Source of the DNA: Spongospora subterranea f. sp. subterranea
Taxonomy: Eukaryota
Assembly (NCBI GenBank): GCA_049724395.1
Contig: JAUGWO010000091.1
Location: 62,001-126,000 of the forward strand
DNA length: 64,000 nt
Direction: 5' to 3'
The position numbers were made by a program, and so were the translations under genes. Below, piece by piece: positions 1 to 12,704 of the stretch (position 1 is the first letter of the stretch; every line of letters begins with the position of its first letter). The notes beneath the pieces were generated by a model that saw nothing but the letters and a program-made list of their open reading frames with translations, searched no databases and was not told where the DNA came from.

Positions 1-3000
1 CAACGCGCGCTTGATCAACAGATGTCAAGCAGTCAAAAAAAACGCATTCCTGTTGATCGAAGAAAAATTCTAAGGCGGATTGTTGAAGTTGGTATCGCCG
101 GCGTCTAACACTGCGTAGACTCTCAAACGCCCTTGCAACGATTAGTGACGGAAAGACGAATATAAACAGCAGCAAACCATTGATGGCGGTGCATTGCACA
201 TGAACGGGCGAAATCAAGAGTGGCACATGAGTAAGATCTATGACCAACAACCGTATCCACATCCGCCAGAAACGGTTCAAAAACGATGAAATTCTGGTCA
301 ACCCGTAAAGTACCACGGACGTTGGTCAATGGGTTGACCATGACGCAGTCAATAGTAATTCCAGCGTGTCGGGGAGAAACTTCGGCATCCGGTGAATGGT
401 CATCGTCATAAATATCACAGAGGTCCCAGTCAACTTCTTTGCTAGGGTTGCTACCAACTGTCAAACCATCGGATAAAGGTAGAGTAGTGTCACTTTCCGT
501 CGCAGCTGTCTGCGCCAAGTAAACGTTAATAGTCGGTAGCATCAGGCGAAGACACAGTGCATTTACCTCGGTGAAAGACAAACGATTTAAATGGTTTTGG
601 ATAAGAAACGTATGCGTAGAATCAAGATGAGGAGAACCGTTGAAAAATGGCTCTAAGACCGGGCAACTACTACAGCCTGAAGATGAGATAGGAATTGCCC
701 AAAACACCTGGGAAGGGCTGTCGGAGCCCCATACTATGCCCGAGCAACCAAAACTGTATAACAACTCTTTCAGGCGATACGCTGATACCTAGATAGCGAA
801 TGTAAATTCAACTCAAATTGACGATTTGCTAGCGTACCATTTCGTCGTATCGCTGATTCAACCCCCAAGTCACCTTGCGCCTTGCCTTAATTTCTGCATT
901 CAACCGAATACGATGAGATCTTTTCGCAACGACATCATCTTCAGAAATAGCGGGAGGGCATATCAAAAAATATGACCGAACTCCCGCTTCTAAACGGCAT
1001 CGTTCCCTGATACAATCAGTAAATCTTGAAGTTTGAGACGATTTTTCGAACTTGATCATCTCATTCAAAGAAGAGAACATAGCTTGAAGCATGGAGGTTT
1101 GTATGAAATCCACATCAACCTGGCAGCTTGACAATAGATTGGCCGTATGAGGATGTACGGAAAAAGTGTGTGTATCGGGGTCAATCCCAACTGGAATACA
1201 AAAAATAGTCGATGTATAGGGAGGAAAAACCATCGTTGCCGCTGAATCTGGACTGTCATGAATATATAGTGTCTGTAGTTCTCCAAAACGTCGGTTTCGT
1301 AAAGCGGTTTTCAGGAGACTCGTTATCGAAGGATCGTCATAATGTTCAGCTTGAATGGCAATAAACGGAGAGAAGGAAGCAATGACGTTAGAGCACAGCT
1401 CCGAAACAATTCTGAGCCCTCTGGACAACTGGCAGTCTAATAACATTTCAGACTGCGACGCTATCTGCAATGAACAGATCCGCTGGAGAAACAAAATTAC
1501 AGCAGTATTTGTTCCAGGCAAACCGGAAGAATCTAAAGCAGCAAGGTTGACTAAACTCTGGACTTGAGAAACTAGACGATCAAGCCCAGGTTCATCGCGC
1601 TCATCGAACTTCATTGCAATCGATTCACTGAGATAAAGTAGAAACACTTGTAAAAGATTTAAACGATGGGGATCACCGGTGTCCCCAATTACATAAAGAG
1701 ACAGTCTAAGCTGAATAGTTATTTCAATCAGAACTTGAACATGGGGCATATCTGCAGCAATGTCAGATGGCGACGGTGATCTCTCTGCTCTCGTGGCCTG
1801 TCAACTTCATCACACAAAATCCAGTTTTCTGGAGATACAGAGGCTTCCGCTTTTGAGGAACCAGAGAAAGCGGAAATTTCTTTGAAAGATTCTGGTTCGT
1901 TTGCGAAGAGAGTAGATTTCCTTCGAACTCTAGGCGCATATGCCCCGCAGCCACACCAAGTTTCCTATAGGTTAAAAAAATGAGCAGGACGAATACGAGA
2001 AGCTGCCTGCTCACCTCCTCTAAAAGATCACCAAAGGCGCAAATATTGACCGAGAACAGTTGATGCGCGGAACCCTTGACACGTTCGAACGAAGATTGCT
2101 GCAAACCTGATATCACCCTTGCAAAAAGATATCGTTCCACGTTGAATACATCAAAAGGAATATCAAGAAATGACATCCGAAGGCAGGCAAGAGTTTCACG
2201 TATAATTGGCGAGGCATTCGCACGGTAAATAAGCGCATGAACCAATATAAGTTGAATAACCTCAAAAACCAGCTGGTTTACTCCTTTCGAAAGGAATTCA
2301 TCCTCCATGGCGTCCCATTCAATAAGCTGGAACAAAGGAATTGCCCATGAAGAAAGTGGCTCAAATAGAAGACGGTTTCTGTTATCCGACGTTTGCAAAA
2401 TATGATAAATGCTCGTTAAAAGCAGCGGGATATTCGGAAAAGCAGGTAAAAGTCCAAATAATGTTGTTATATGTACCAGATGCCTGTCATGAACCGCTTC
2501 GATTATGTCTGGAAGCGCAAAAACGTTATCGTCTGTGTTGTTTGAAGAAACCCAGCCGATAACATTGGCAACACCTAGTGTTCCAGGTGGCGAATTCCGC
2601 AAGAATAATTCAAGAAAAGAGCGATGCAGAACGTCATCTAAAAGAGGATTTCCATTCTTGCTAAGAACTTCGGAAAATTTGGGAAGTAATATACCAGTAA
2701 ACAATGAAGAGGATAACTCAATTCTTGATGACGCCAACAGCACATTGATGCAGTGCAAGCATGCAATTAATACCTCATGGGAACCATTGAATCGCAAAAC
2801 TGACGCTAAAGAGGCATCCAGCGAACTTCGTAAAACATCTGGTTCATTACAGTCACTGAGGTGGCTCGTTAAAAATTCGATGAACTGGGCCGAATGCAAC
2901 GGGTCGCGGCATTCATCAATGAACGAAATGGTTTCAATATACTGCAATTCTGTCAGGTCAGCTAACGACGATAGCAATAAATGCCGAACGCGCATGGAGA

Positions 3001-4806
3001 CACGATCATTCCCAGGGATAAATGCACTTATTCGATCAAAAAGCTATAATAACAGCATTCAGATGCCAATACAGGAAGACAATGAAAATCTGATGCAGAC
3101 CAACCGAAGTATCAGTATTGATAACTGTTCCAGGGCATCGCCCAAGAAGAATCGTTCTGCAAATTTCACCCATATGCAAAACCGTTGCGGAATCAACCCC
3201 TGGTCTAGCCCACCTGAAGAACCAATTAGCAGTAACTAAATGTCAGATGATATTACTACCAATCAAGACGGAGGATATGATTGCAAACAGACGGCAGCAA
3301 AGGTTTGATGTTATCTGAAGACTTCATCAGTTAGCATGCTTGTTGCAGGCAAAGTTGAAAAACGACCTGGCTTTTTCCAAAGATGCAGAACAAGCTGGTG
3401 ATATGCTTGGGCACTTGAAAGGGAAATATTTTCTGGACTGCAATGCAGTAAAAGAGAGCCAGCAATGGAGAAAAAAGTGCAACAGTCCGATGTTGCAAAT
3501 TGAGTCGGAAACAAAGATTGGCTTAGGGCAACATGAATAGTTCGAATTATTGATGAGTGTATATCTACACCATGATCTTGGAATGCACCAATAAATTTGA
3601 GACATGGTAAGAATAATCGGAAACGCGGTATAAAGACATCACAGAGTCGCGTATTAACCGATGCACCTGAAGAAACAGGTTGAGTTTACCATGGGAAGCG
3701 AAACCGCATTCACTAACTTGCATTCAAAAATAATGACGCCTTAACAGATCCTGTATAAGAATCTGAAGGGGAAACATCAATACATACTGCATCTTCGGTT
3801 GCCTGTGGGTGAAATGCAAACACAAAGGACACTGCGACACTGAAGGAATACATCAACTAAACACGGAGAGAGGTTATACGCAGCAGCATACTTATCCACA
3901 AGACGTCCAGAGAAAGAGCTCGAAAATTTCGTGAATATGTTTTCGGCGACAGAATCGGACCTAGGAAAACATTAACTCGCCCTTGTAAGAGCACTGAATG
4001 AGCAGCTCTGACATGACCGGAACACAATAGTCAACACCGGCCTGATATATTGATGCCAATGATGAGCACGCAGATATACGATCATTGAACAAGTAGATTG
4101 CTCCAAGATAGCCGGAAAAGTGTGATGCTTCTGGCAAACGGTGATGCATCGATTCGCATAAACACCCGATTCCACCCTCTAGAATAGCGGTAATCTAGGG
4201 GAATGTGTACATCAGAGCGTGACGGACCGCCATATAAAACTTTACTTTTGGATAACAAAAATCGGTGTCTTGAATTAGAGGTACGGGAAGTTGGTTAACC
4301 GTTATCTCGACCTGCTGCTTTTTCGAAACAAGCGGAGCCGACCTGCCGCGGACCATACGTATACAAAGAAATTGCCATTCCTTTGCGTTCAGAGCGGGTT
4401 CAAGGGAATTGACATGCTGCACATCATCTAATTGCGATGCTGCCGAACTGACATAAATGCGTCCTTGAGAATCAATGGTAGCGCAGATGAATGAACCATA
4501 TGCGCCCGCAAAGCAGAATAACACCTCCCGGCAGTCAAGCGTTGGGGCTATCCAACAACCGAATGTAAAAGCGGTCGAAGACCACTTATGTAAAGGAGAT
4601 TGAATTCGGATACCGCCTTTAGACATTTTGAAAAAAGATCGTGGCATTGTTGCCACGGCATCTGTCTGAATCTTCGCGATTATCGCGCTGGCGTCGTCAT
4701 TCGGCCGGTCACTATGTGTGAATTTGCTCAACTGACGAACATAGTCAAAGAGCTTGGGATGTATATCATATATATCGCTTCCACCGCCAACCGCTCTGTT
4801 TTCCAT
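1..4806 (-). CDS. BEACH-domain (neurobeachin/LRBA-like) protein, multi-exon; 3' part runs off the window start
   Basis: ConA-like N-terminal region (KWSSTAFTFGCWI...WQFLCI; FHPQATEDAVCIDVSP), then a long helical region (ORFs 1763..2995 and 829..1749), then PH-BEACH motifs CVMVNPLTNVRGTLRV and RRRYQLQQSALEFF (~60-110). The BEACH domain itself is not in the window. Confidence 0.75.
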
Positions 4807-4993
4807 TGGCTACTGGAGCATTAGACCCATCAACAATAATTCCGTCATCATCAAAATCCCTGGGTACGTTACGCAATATGTTTTCAGTTACTCCCTCAGT
4901 TAGCTGATCATACACGAGCGCGAAACTTTCATACTACTCACATACCCATCAGGCTGCTTACGAATACCTGCTCTTTTCGTTTTCGATTGGAAA

Positions 4994-7455
4994 ATGGTTG
5001 GTTCAGCACTTCGTGTTCCCTCATATTTTGTTCACTGGGCTTTAGCTTCAACGCAGAGTTGAGCACGTCTTGTCATGTGACCATTCTTCTCCTGCAATGG
5101 TGTCTTCCCTTGCTGAGCTGTCTACGTTTTTCGATGAAAACCTGGTTCAGAATCGACGAAATTTAGGGAGAATCATTGAACGTCGTGGTAATGGCACTGT
5201 TTCTCTCCTTTTTTTTTCTTAGGTTTGTTCTACAACAGGAATGGAGCAACATGTGAATTTTATCGATTCGTTCGAAGGCATCACACAGGTTTGTTTTTAT
5301 CGTGTAGCGGTTTGATACATGCAATAATTTCGATCAAGCATCTTGAGAAATTGAAGATATGTATAAATGCGCTGGGGGCTTCATGTACGAATCTTCATCA
5401 AGACACCCTTCTTGCCAAAGATCGGGCGGCGGCTTTGGTTGGGAGAACAAATCAACTGAACAAACAAAGGTTGATTGCCAAAGACATGGAGAACATCGCC
5501 CGGGAATTTGTTCAAAATTTCCAGCTAACTCAGGAAGAAGAAGATATTCTAAAGAGTGGGCATGTTTCTGAGCTTTTTTTTTCGGCAATCGACCGCCTTC
5601 AGGTCAGAATTACCCAACTTGTTTGCTGCAAACTCCATCTTCCATCAGTGTTTTAAATTTTATGCTCAGGTTATCCGTGACAAGAGTAAACAACTATTAA
5701 TTGCCTACAATCAAAAAGCTGGATTGGACATAATGGATTCGATGGCGGTGATGTTTGAAACTTCTCTTGATGCTTTATGCAGATCTACTATTTCAAGTAT
5801 TCGGACGCTCCATGATGCAAGCCCTGAAGTGTCGCCTTTGCTGATCAAATCAGTGACGACACTACGCTTGCGGCCGGCTTACTTTTCTCACTGCCTTCAA
5901 GAGCTTGCTACCATAAGTAACTTTGAAAACAGTTCTACTTCTTCAAAAATTAACTGGCTGTTCAGGGAAAACTTCGCTGCTACAGAGATTTTCTGATGCT
6001 CTAATAAAAGGTGGACCAAATGGTATGCCAAGGCCTATTGAAATTCACATTCACGATCGGCTTCGATATGTCAGGTTTGAATTTGTCACTCTCGAAGATT
6101 GTGCGCAATTCAATTTGTGTAGTGATATTCTGGCGTGGGTCCACCAATCAATTGCATTTGAAATCGAATTGAGTCTGGCGTTATTATCTGGAGAATCCTT
6201 AAATCAGACACCAGAAAGGTTCACGCACAAACGCCTGTCTAGTCCCCACCAGCCTCCGTCGTCTGAAGTGTCTGATTACCTCGAGTCGGTATTTGAAAAT
6301 ATTCTTCTTTTGTTGCAAGAACGTATTCACCAGGTTTATACATACGTTGAGTCACAACTCTTTTCACCATCGGTTCCCAAGTGTCTTTTTTTTAGGCCAT
6401 AGAAAGTGAAGTTGACCCGGATTTGCTATTTCAAATCTCTACTTTGTTCACATTCTATCGACAAATTTTAGGATCGCTTCTATGTTACAACTGTCGACTT
6501 GTCAATGACCTTAGCGCATTACATGAAAAGTCAATGTCGCGTCTGCTTGGTAACATGGATTGTTTTTGTGTAGAAATTGTTATTCAGTTGTTTTTCGCCG
6601 CAAAATATAGGGTTACTGAAGGCGCAATGGCAAAGCCTCATTGCGTCGCCGCCTTCTGTAGGGTTACAGCTAAAAGTACCAGATGTCGTGAATGAAATGC
6701 TCGGCCGCTTAAGTGCAATGATGCAAACCCATAATTCTTCAGTGACTCCTTCTGAGGATATATTTGAACCGGTTTTAACATCAGTCATTGATCCAATATT
6801 TGAATTATGCGCTGCCATGACTGTCAACAGGAATGCATCGGAGTCATCAGTTTTACATTTGAACGTTTTAACTCGAGTCCAGAATACGTTGTGGCCCTTC
6901 GCTTTTGCGTCAAAAAGAAACGATGGCCTGCTCAAGTTGCGAGATGAATACTTACAGACGCTAATCAAGCATCAGTCCGACAGTATTCTACAACGAGTTG
7001 GTCTCGCAGATATTCAGCAGCTAAGTCACCAGTTCAATGAATCGGTTACCTTCCTCTGTTATTGCTACTCTTATTTTTGCTAATCGGTTCCTCAGGAGCA
7101 CAAAGACGTCCCGCTAAGTGAAATGCCCGGAATGAATGCTTCATCGATTCGTAATATTGTAAAAGAATTTTACAAAACTCTTTTTTCACTTGGTACGATT
7201 GATCTGCCGGAATGTGAACGTCTTGTTCTTCCCCAACTCCGAATGGCGGTATGCCCATCCTAAGACCGAACTACTCATTGTGACTTTCTTTTGAGTCAGG
7301 CCCGTGATGGTGTTGCTCAAGCTTTGAATCAGTCATATCAGTCGCTTTATTGCGCAATAAAAGATCCAAAAAGCGGATATGCAGACCCAGACGTTATTCT
7401 TGAATATTCTCCCAGCGATGTGTCGACATTGCTTGATACATCTGTAAATACTTAA
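4994..7455 (+). CDS. COG6: Conserved oligomeric Golgi complex subunit 6, multi-exon
   Basis: Spliced peptides LQRRVEHVL..SSLAELSTFFDENLVQNRRNLGRIIERR and GGPNGMPRPIEIHIHDRLRY..SDILAWVHQ match COG6 hallmarks. Stop TAA at 7453-7455. Confidence 0.92.
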
Positions 7456-8600
7456 CCAATATACACCAGTTGTTCTATTATTCCCGTGTTCACCATGGGT
7501 CCCATAACGGAATTTACCATCTTAGGATGCCGCATACTTATAGTCCGTATCGCATTTGTTTAGTGGGTTCATCAAGAACAGGAAGCTTGTGTTAGGCGAA
7601 GTCAAACGAGCGGTGGCTGCCCAATTTCCGGGAAGTGCCACACGCTGTATATTGCCTGGGAAGGTCGGAGGTGCTGCGCTCCCTTGAGGGAAAATCGCCT
7701 TCGGCGATGCGGTTGGGAACCAGAAAACCAGATTGTACTGGACCGACTCGTCATATTACATCGAGGAGCAGAGACGTAAAAAATCTCTGTGATTATGATT
7801 GATGATGAGTAAGGATGAAAATCTCAATGGGCACTAACAACTCTAAGATTAATGCACAAGAAGGACTTGTCCTTTACTCAATTCCGACTACTCTCTTGGG
7901 CTTTATGAACCCTTTTTATGTGTAGTTTGATAATCGTTAGAAGTGTTGGCTCGTCAACTTTTTGGATCACATAGCTACGATGGCGGGCATTACTTGATAA
8001 ACAATTTCCTTTAATCAAAAAGAAAATGAATGCCCCTTAGGCAGATTCAACTACCATTGCAAACTTCAACGCAATTGGCCCCACTGTCAGATCCCAAGAT
8101 TGGCATGTCAGCCAGCGCTCAGCTCCTTTCTTATCAAGACCAAAATTATGTGCCATACGTACTCTTAAATTCTTGATTTTCTCATCCTGTCTCATCTGTG
8201 TCTGTGTACGAATCGGGCTCGATTCGGCCTGGTTTGACTCTGATTTGACCAGTGCACCACTGGCACTAGGACCATCACTGGCACTTGGACCATGTCCGAG
8301 ACAGTGTCACGCCCATTAATCCGCGAAATACACTCCCAGTTGACACCAAAGCCATTGCTGCAATTTAACACTTTCGATTCTCAGAACCTCTATCGTTTCC
8401 AGATTCACGTATCGTGCCAAAAAATCGGTTGGTGATGAGTGTTGCTGGAGCCGGCCGCCTCAGGCGGTTGTGGCAGGTCGGCTAACTCTCTAACTGTCTG
8501 TCTAATACATGTTCAGCGGGGCCCGGCTCCAGAGGGACGCGTCCTTGATAACCGAACTGGAGGCGCACAGCGTTATTTGCCTCGAATAGAATAGTAAATT

Positions 8601-10608
8601 ATGGCGGGCCAGGAAAGTAGCTCTAAACTGCCTTGTGATATTCGAGTGGGAGTGGTCGGCAACGTCGATGCAGGCATGTGTTGCAACAATCAACTGTAGC
8701 ACATGTTTTGACTCTGAAAACAGGGAAATCGACGTTAATTGGTGTATTAACTTCTGGAACACTCGATGATGGAAGAGGTGCGGCGATTGGTAATATCTGA
8801 ACCATACATGATTCAACTCTTTTTCTAGGATTGGCCAGGAGCGGGGTATTTCGCCATAAACATGAATTGGATTCAGGACGAACATCGTCCATATCGCACC
8901 ATATCTTGGGTTTCGATGCCAACCGGGAACCTGTTTTCAAACCCAAGGACAAGGCCGCAATCGGACGTGGAAAACCATTGGTGATCATAGTGAAACCGTT
9001 ATCGTGTTCATTGATCTAGCCGGACATGAAAAGTCAGTCGTTCGCCTTGGCGTGCCATTGAATCTGATGAACGATGGTATTTACAGGTATCTTAAGACGA
9101 CTATATGTGGCCTCTCAGGTTCGTATCCAGACTATGTCTGCGCTCTTATCGGAGCCAATATGGGTATCTCGAAAATGACAAAGGTTGTTTGCCAACGAAA
9201 TTATAGAAAAAGTTTAACCTTTTGGTTAGGAACATATCGGCGTTGCGATTGCACTGCAAATCCCCCTGTTTGTTGTTATTACAAAAGTTCGGGTTTTACC
9301 TCAAACATGACATTCTTTGGGGTCATAATTTGCGTATAGGTGGATATATGCCCTCCAGGCGTATTAAAGTCGACCCTCAACACGGTTTTGAGACTATTGA
9401 AATCACCTCAGGCTGGGAAACTCCCAGTCGTTGTTCGCTCCGCATCAGATATCAACACGGTGTTGAACAATGCCTCATCAGATGGCAATGCGACCGACTC
9501 CTCGTCCGGCTGTGGTCGTTTAGGGCAACGAGTAACGTGCTCACCCCATCCATAACTTTTAAATTTATGCTTTTTTACGCTTCAGGTATGCCCAATCTTC
9601 TTGGCCTCTTGCGTATCTGGCGTAGGAGTTGATTTACTAAAGACATTTTTGAGCAGATTGAGGCCGTACCGGTCAGTAACAGACCTCGTCTCAATCGCAC
9701 AAAAACCTCAAATTGAACTTCTACATAGGAGCTGGGTCGGTCGTGGTATCCAACCTGCTCATCTTCAGATTGACGAGGTATCTCCCATGGTTTCTGAGAA
9801 GCGTACTGTCAATCCAATGTGGTAGGCATTCCTTGTGTCTGGTGTTGGGATTGTCGTGTCTGGGACTGTTATATCTGGTGTTATTCAAGCTAATGATCAC
9901 ATGCTATTGGGGCCGTTCGCCGATGGGTCTTTCCTCCCGGTTCAGGTTGCACAATCAAAACTCTCAATTTTTTCTACATCTGACTACAACCGTAGATTCG
10001 CTCGTTACAATGCCGTCGGTCGCCATTATCATCCGCGTCGCCAGGTGTGGCATGTGCTGTTTCTCTTCGATCGCTATTAAGGAAGTCGCCCATCAAACTT
10101 CTTCGGTAATTATTTTTTGACCTTAAGATGAGTTCTTCATGATATTTCTATAGGCCATTTCTACGCAGGGGAATGGTGTTGATTGCTCGTACTGGCACGC
10201 CGACCGCATGTCGTCGTTTCGATGCTGAGATATTAGTGTTACATCATCCAACGACAATCCGACCGAATTATCAGGTGCAATGTTTTTTTTTCAGATTCTA
10301 CGTTCTGATTCCGTTCAGGCTGTTGTCCATTGTGGATCAATACGACAAACAGCAGCCATTGAATCAATCCAAAAAGTAAACAATGAAGCGGTTCCTGGAG
10401 AATTGGTTAAATCACTGAGAACAGGAGATAAAGCAACAGTGAGGTTGGATGATGCGAGTGCAGACATGTTGAAGAAGTAATATAAATTATTGATTCCAGG
10501 TTTCGATTTTTGAGCCGTCCTGAATATATTTGCTGTGATGAGACCATTATCTTCCGAGAAGGTAGCTGTAAAGGAATCGGAACCATCAAAAACACTTTCG
10601 TACAATGA
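8601..10608 (+). CDS. GTPBP1: GTP-binding protein 1/2 (EF-Tu-like translational GTPase), multi-exon; apparent 1-nt deletion at ~8934-8937
   Basis: [75 protein letters not shown] and [18 protein letters not shown]1 versus GTPBP2 cannot be resolved by eye. Confidence 0.88.
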
Positions 10609-10671
10609 TGTGTATGGAACGACAAGATTGAAAGAGAAAAATTTATACATTATAAAATAAACGAAAAAATA

Positions 10672-12172
10672 TTATTTGACAATACGTTTTGTGCCTTTTT
10701 TTATGGTCTTCGACTTTACAGTGGCGCCTGTAACTTCGGCCTTGGACAACGCTTTTTTCTTATGCCCGCCCTCTGTTTTAACTTTTGTCTTTTGATTGGC
10801 AATCTCACTCGCAAGAGATTTGTTAGGAGCTGAGCTAACGGCTTTTGCACGCTTTACAGTTGGTGTGTTCATTTTGGCGTTTTTGCTTTGTTTGGGGATA
10901 GGCCCGTTAGCCGAAGTATTGTCTGTTTCGTTCATCAATGAAAGAACCCCTTGTCTCAAGTTCGCTTCTAAATCGCCAACGGATTGGGCTGCTTTCGGTT
11001 TCTTCTTCTCTATTGATTTCTTCGGTGTTTTCCCTAAGATTTGGGCTGCTTTTGGTTTCTTCTCTTCTGATTTCTTCGGGGTTTTCCCTGACGTCTTCTT
11101 GCTCACTTTCGCCTTCTTTAGCGCTGTGGCATGCGTTCCTTCGAAAGAGGCCTGGTTGCGGTTGCGATGGCGCTCCTTGACTGGTTTAGCTGAAGGCTTC
11201 TTCCCACTAATTCGCCGCTCTGCAGGTGTCGGACCTTGTCGAGCCATCGCTTTGAAAACTCTAGCAAATCATTTAGCATTAGACCTTCATTCTGATTTTT
11301 CGACTTTACCTGATCTTCCGTTCTTTGAACATACTCTCATGGAAGGCAATGGCCGCCTTCAAGCTATCGACTGTGGAGAATTGCACATAAGCGAATCCTT
11401 TCCCGATATTCGAATGCCGGTCCCGGATGCATCGTACAAAATCAATGGGGCCGCAGGTCGCGAAAAAATCGAACAGATCGTTCTCGGATACATCGAATGG
11501 GAGATTTCCTGTCAGGTAAAATTTGGTGACGATGACGCGATTGGATGTTTTGCGTTTCTTACCAACGAAAGCGCATCGTTTATCGTCATGTCCCGCTGCT
11601 TGTTCTCCAATTCTGTCAATACGAACGTGATGATTATCTAAAAGAGCGCCGTTCATTTGGCAGATGTCGTCCAACGCAGACGAATCCTTCATAACGACAT
11701 AGCAGTTCATGGCTTGGCGGGAATCATGAAACTAATCAACTAAGTCACCCCACCGAGACGATGAAAAATACAATGGACTAGGTACCTTCTTTTGGATGAA
11801 AGCAGCTTTCTTCGGCAGTTTAGGGTCCGAAAACGACGCAGATCGAAATCGAATGGACTCGACTTCACCTTTACCAGCTAAGAATGTCTTGATTGTTTTC
11901 TTGGTTGATGAGACAGGAATATTGCCAATAAACACAGTTCGGTCATTTCTTTCGTCGGAGTCATGTTTTGTCTTGAGTTTTTCGGCGACCTTCTGCTTCT
12001 TATTAGGAATTTCCACTTCGTCGTCGCTTGAATCGGGATACTGTTTTTTATTGGAACTCTTCCTCTTAACTGGTTGATCAGTTCGAACTAACGAGATCGG
12101 CTCAGACACAAATTCGGGCTCTACACCTGGGTTTATAGTCAGACTTAGTTGTCCTGGCTGGTAGGCTTCCAT
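10672..12172 (-). CDS. RBM34: Nucleolar double-RRM protein RBM34/Nop12-like with Lys-rich C-terminal tail
   Basis: RTVFIGNIP..VESIRFRS..LPKKAAFI; second RRM with GNLPFDVSE..IRDRHSNIGKGFAYVQF; C-terminal ASFEG motif and basic tail. Confidence 0.85.
10984..11089 (-). repeat. Coding tandem duplication (~54-57 bp x2) in the RBM34 tail
   Basis: GKTPKKSEEKKPKAAQ / GKTPKKSIEKKKPKAAQ; the duplication is also visible at DNA level. Confidence 0.8.
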
Positions 12173-12704
12173 TGCCAAATAACCGAACTGCAACGAATTT
12201 TTTTCAGAAACCGTGGCGCAGTCCGGTCTTCCTGCCAAGTCCGGCCACGGACTATTCATTGTCGCTAGATTTCGACAGGATATAAAACGCCGTTTTGCAA
12301 AAAATCGACCCTTCTGTGCAAATTATCGAAATAATTTTCAAGACACGTTCGATACTTCAACTTTTGCACGTTCATTTGTTGAAGCACAATTTGTTGGGGA
12401 GATGGTCCAATCAAAATACTCCACGAAAACAAGAATTGCCAGCCAACTGTGCACTGTGTACGAGCGGGTTGCGTGGGGGTTGCGCCATGGCAAACATTAT
12501 CATGAAGTGCGCGGTCCCCGCCATCCTGTCTGTGTTGGTCAAGTCACCAGGCGAAAAGTTGCGTCATCAACTTGTCGAGCTTATAATACCGTATCAACGG
12601 GGATTAGAGTTCTGCGAGCTCTTTTTTCGGGGGACGCTTTGGTCCCGGGAATCGTCTTTAATTCTAGGCCAACAAGGTTCTAAAAGCCGCCGATTCGAGT
12701 TTCG

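Noticed and set aside
2505..3239. 244-aa plus-strand ORF
   Set aside because: Antisense to a long exon of the BEACH gene and has no domain features.
8258..8294. 19-bp tandem duplication (cactggcactaggaccat / cactggcacttggaccat)
   Set aside because: It is real but has only two short copies and no evidence of function.
10796..11641. 281-aa hydrophobic plus-strand ORF
   Set aside because: Antisense shadow of the Lys-rich RBM34 tail: AAA/AAG codons read as Phe/Leu on the other strand.
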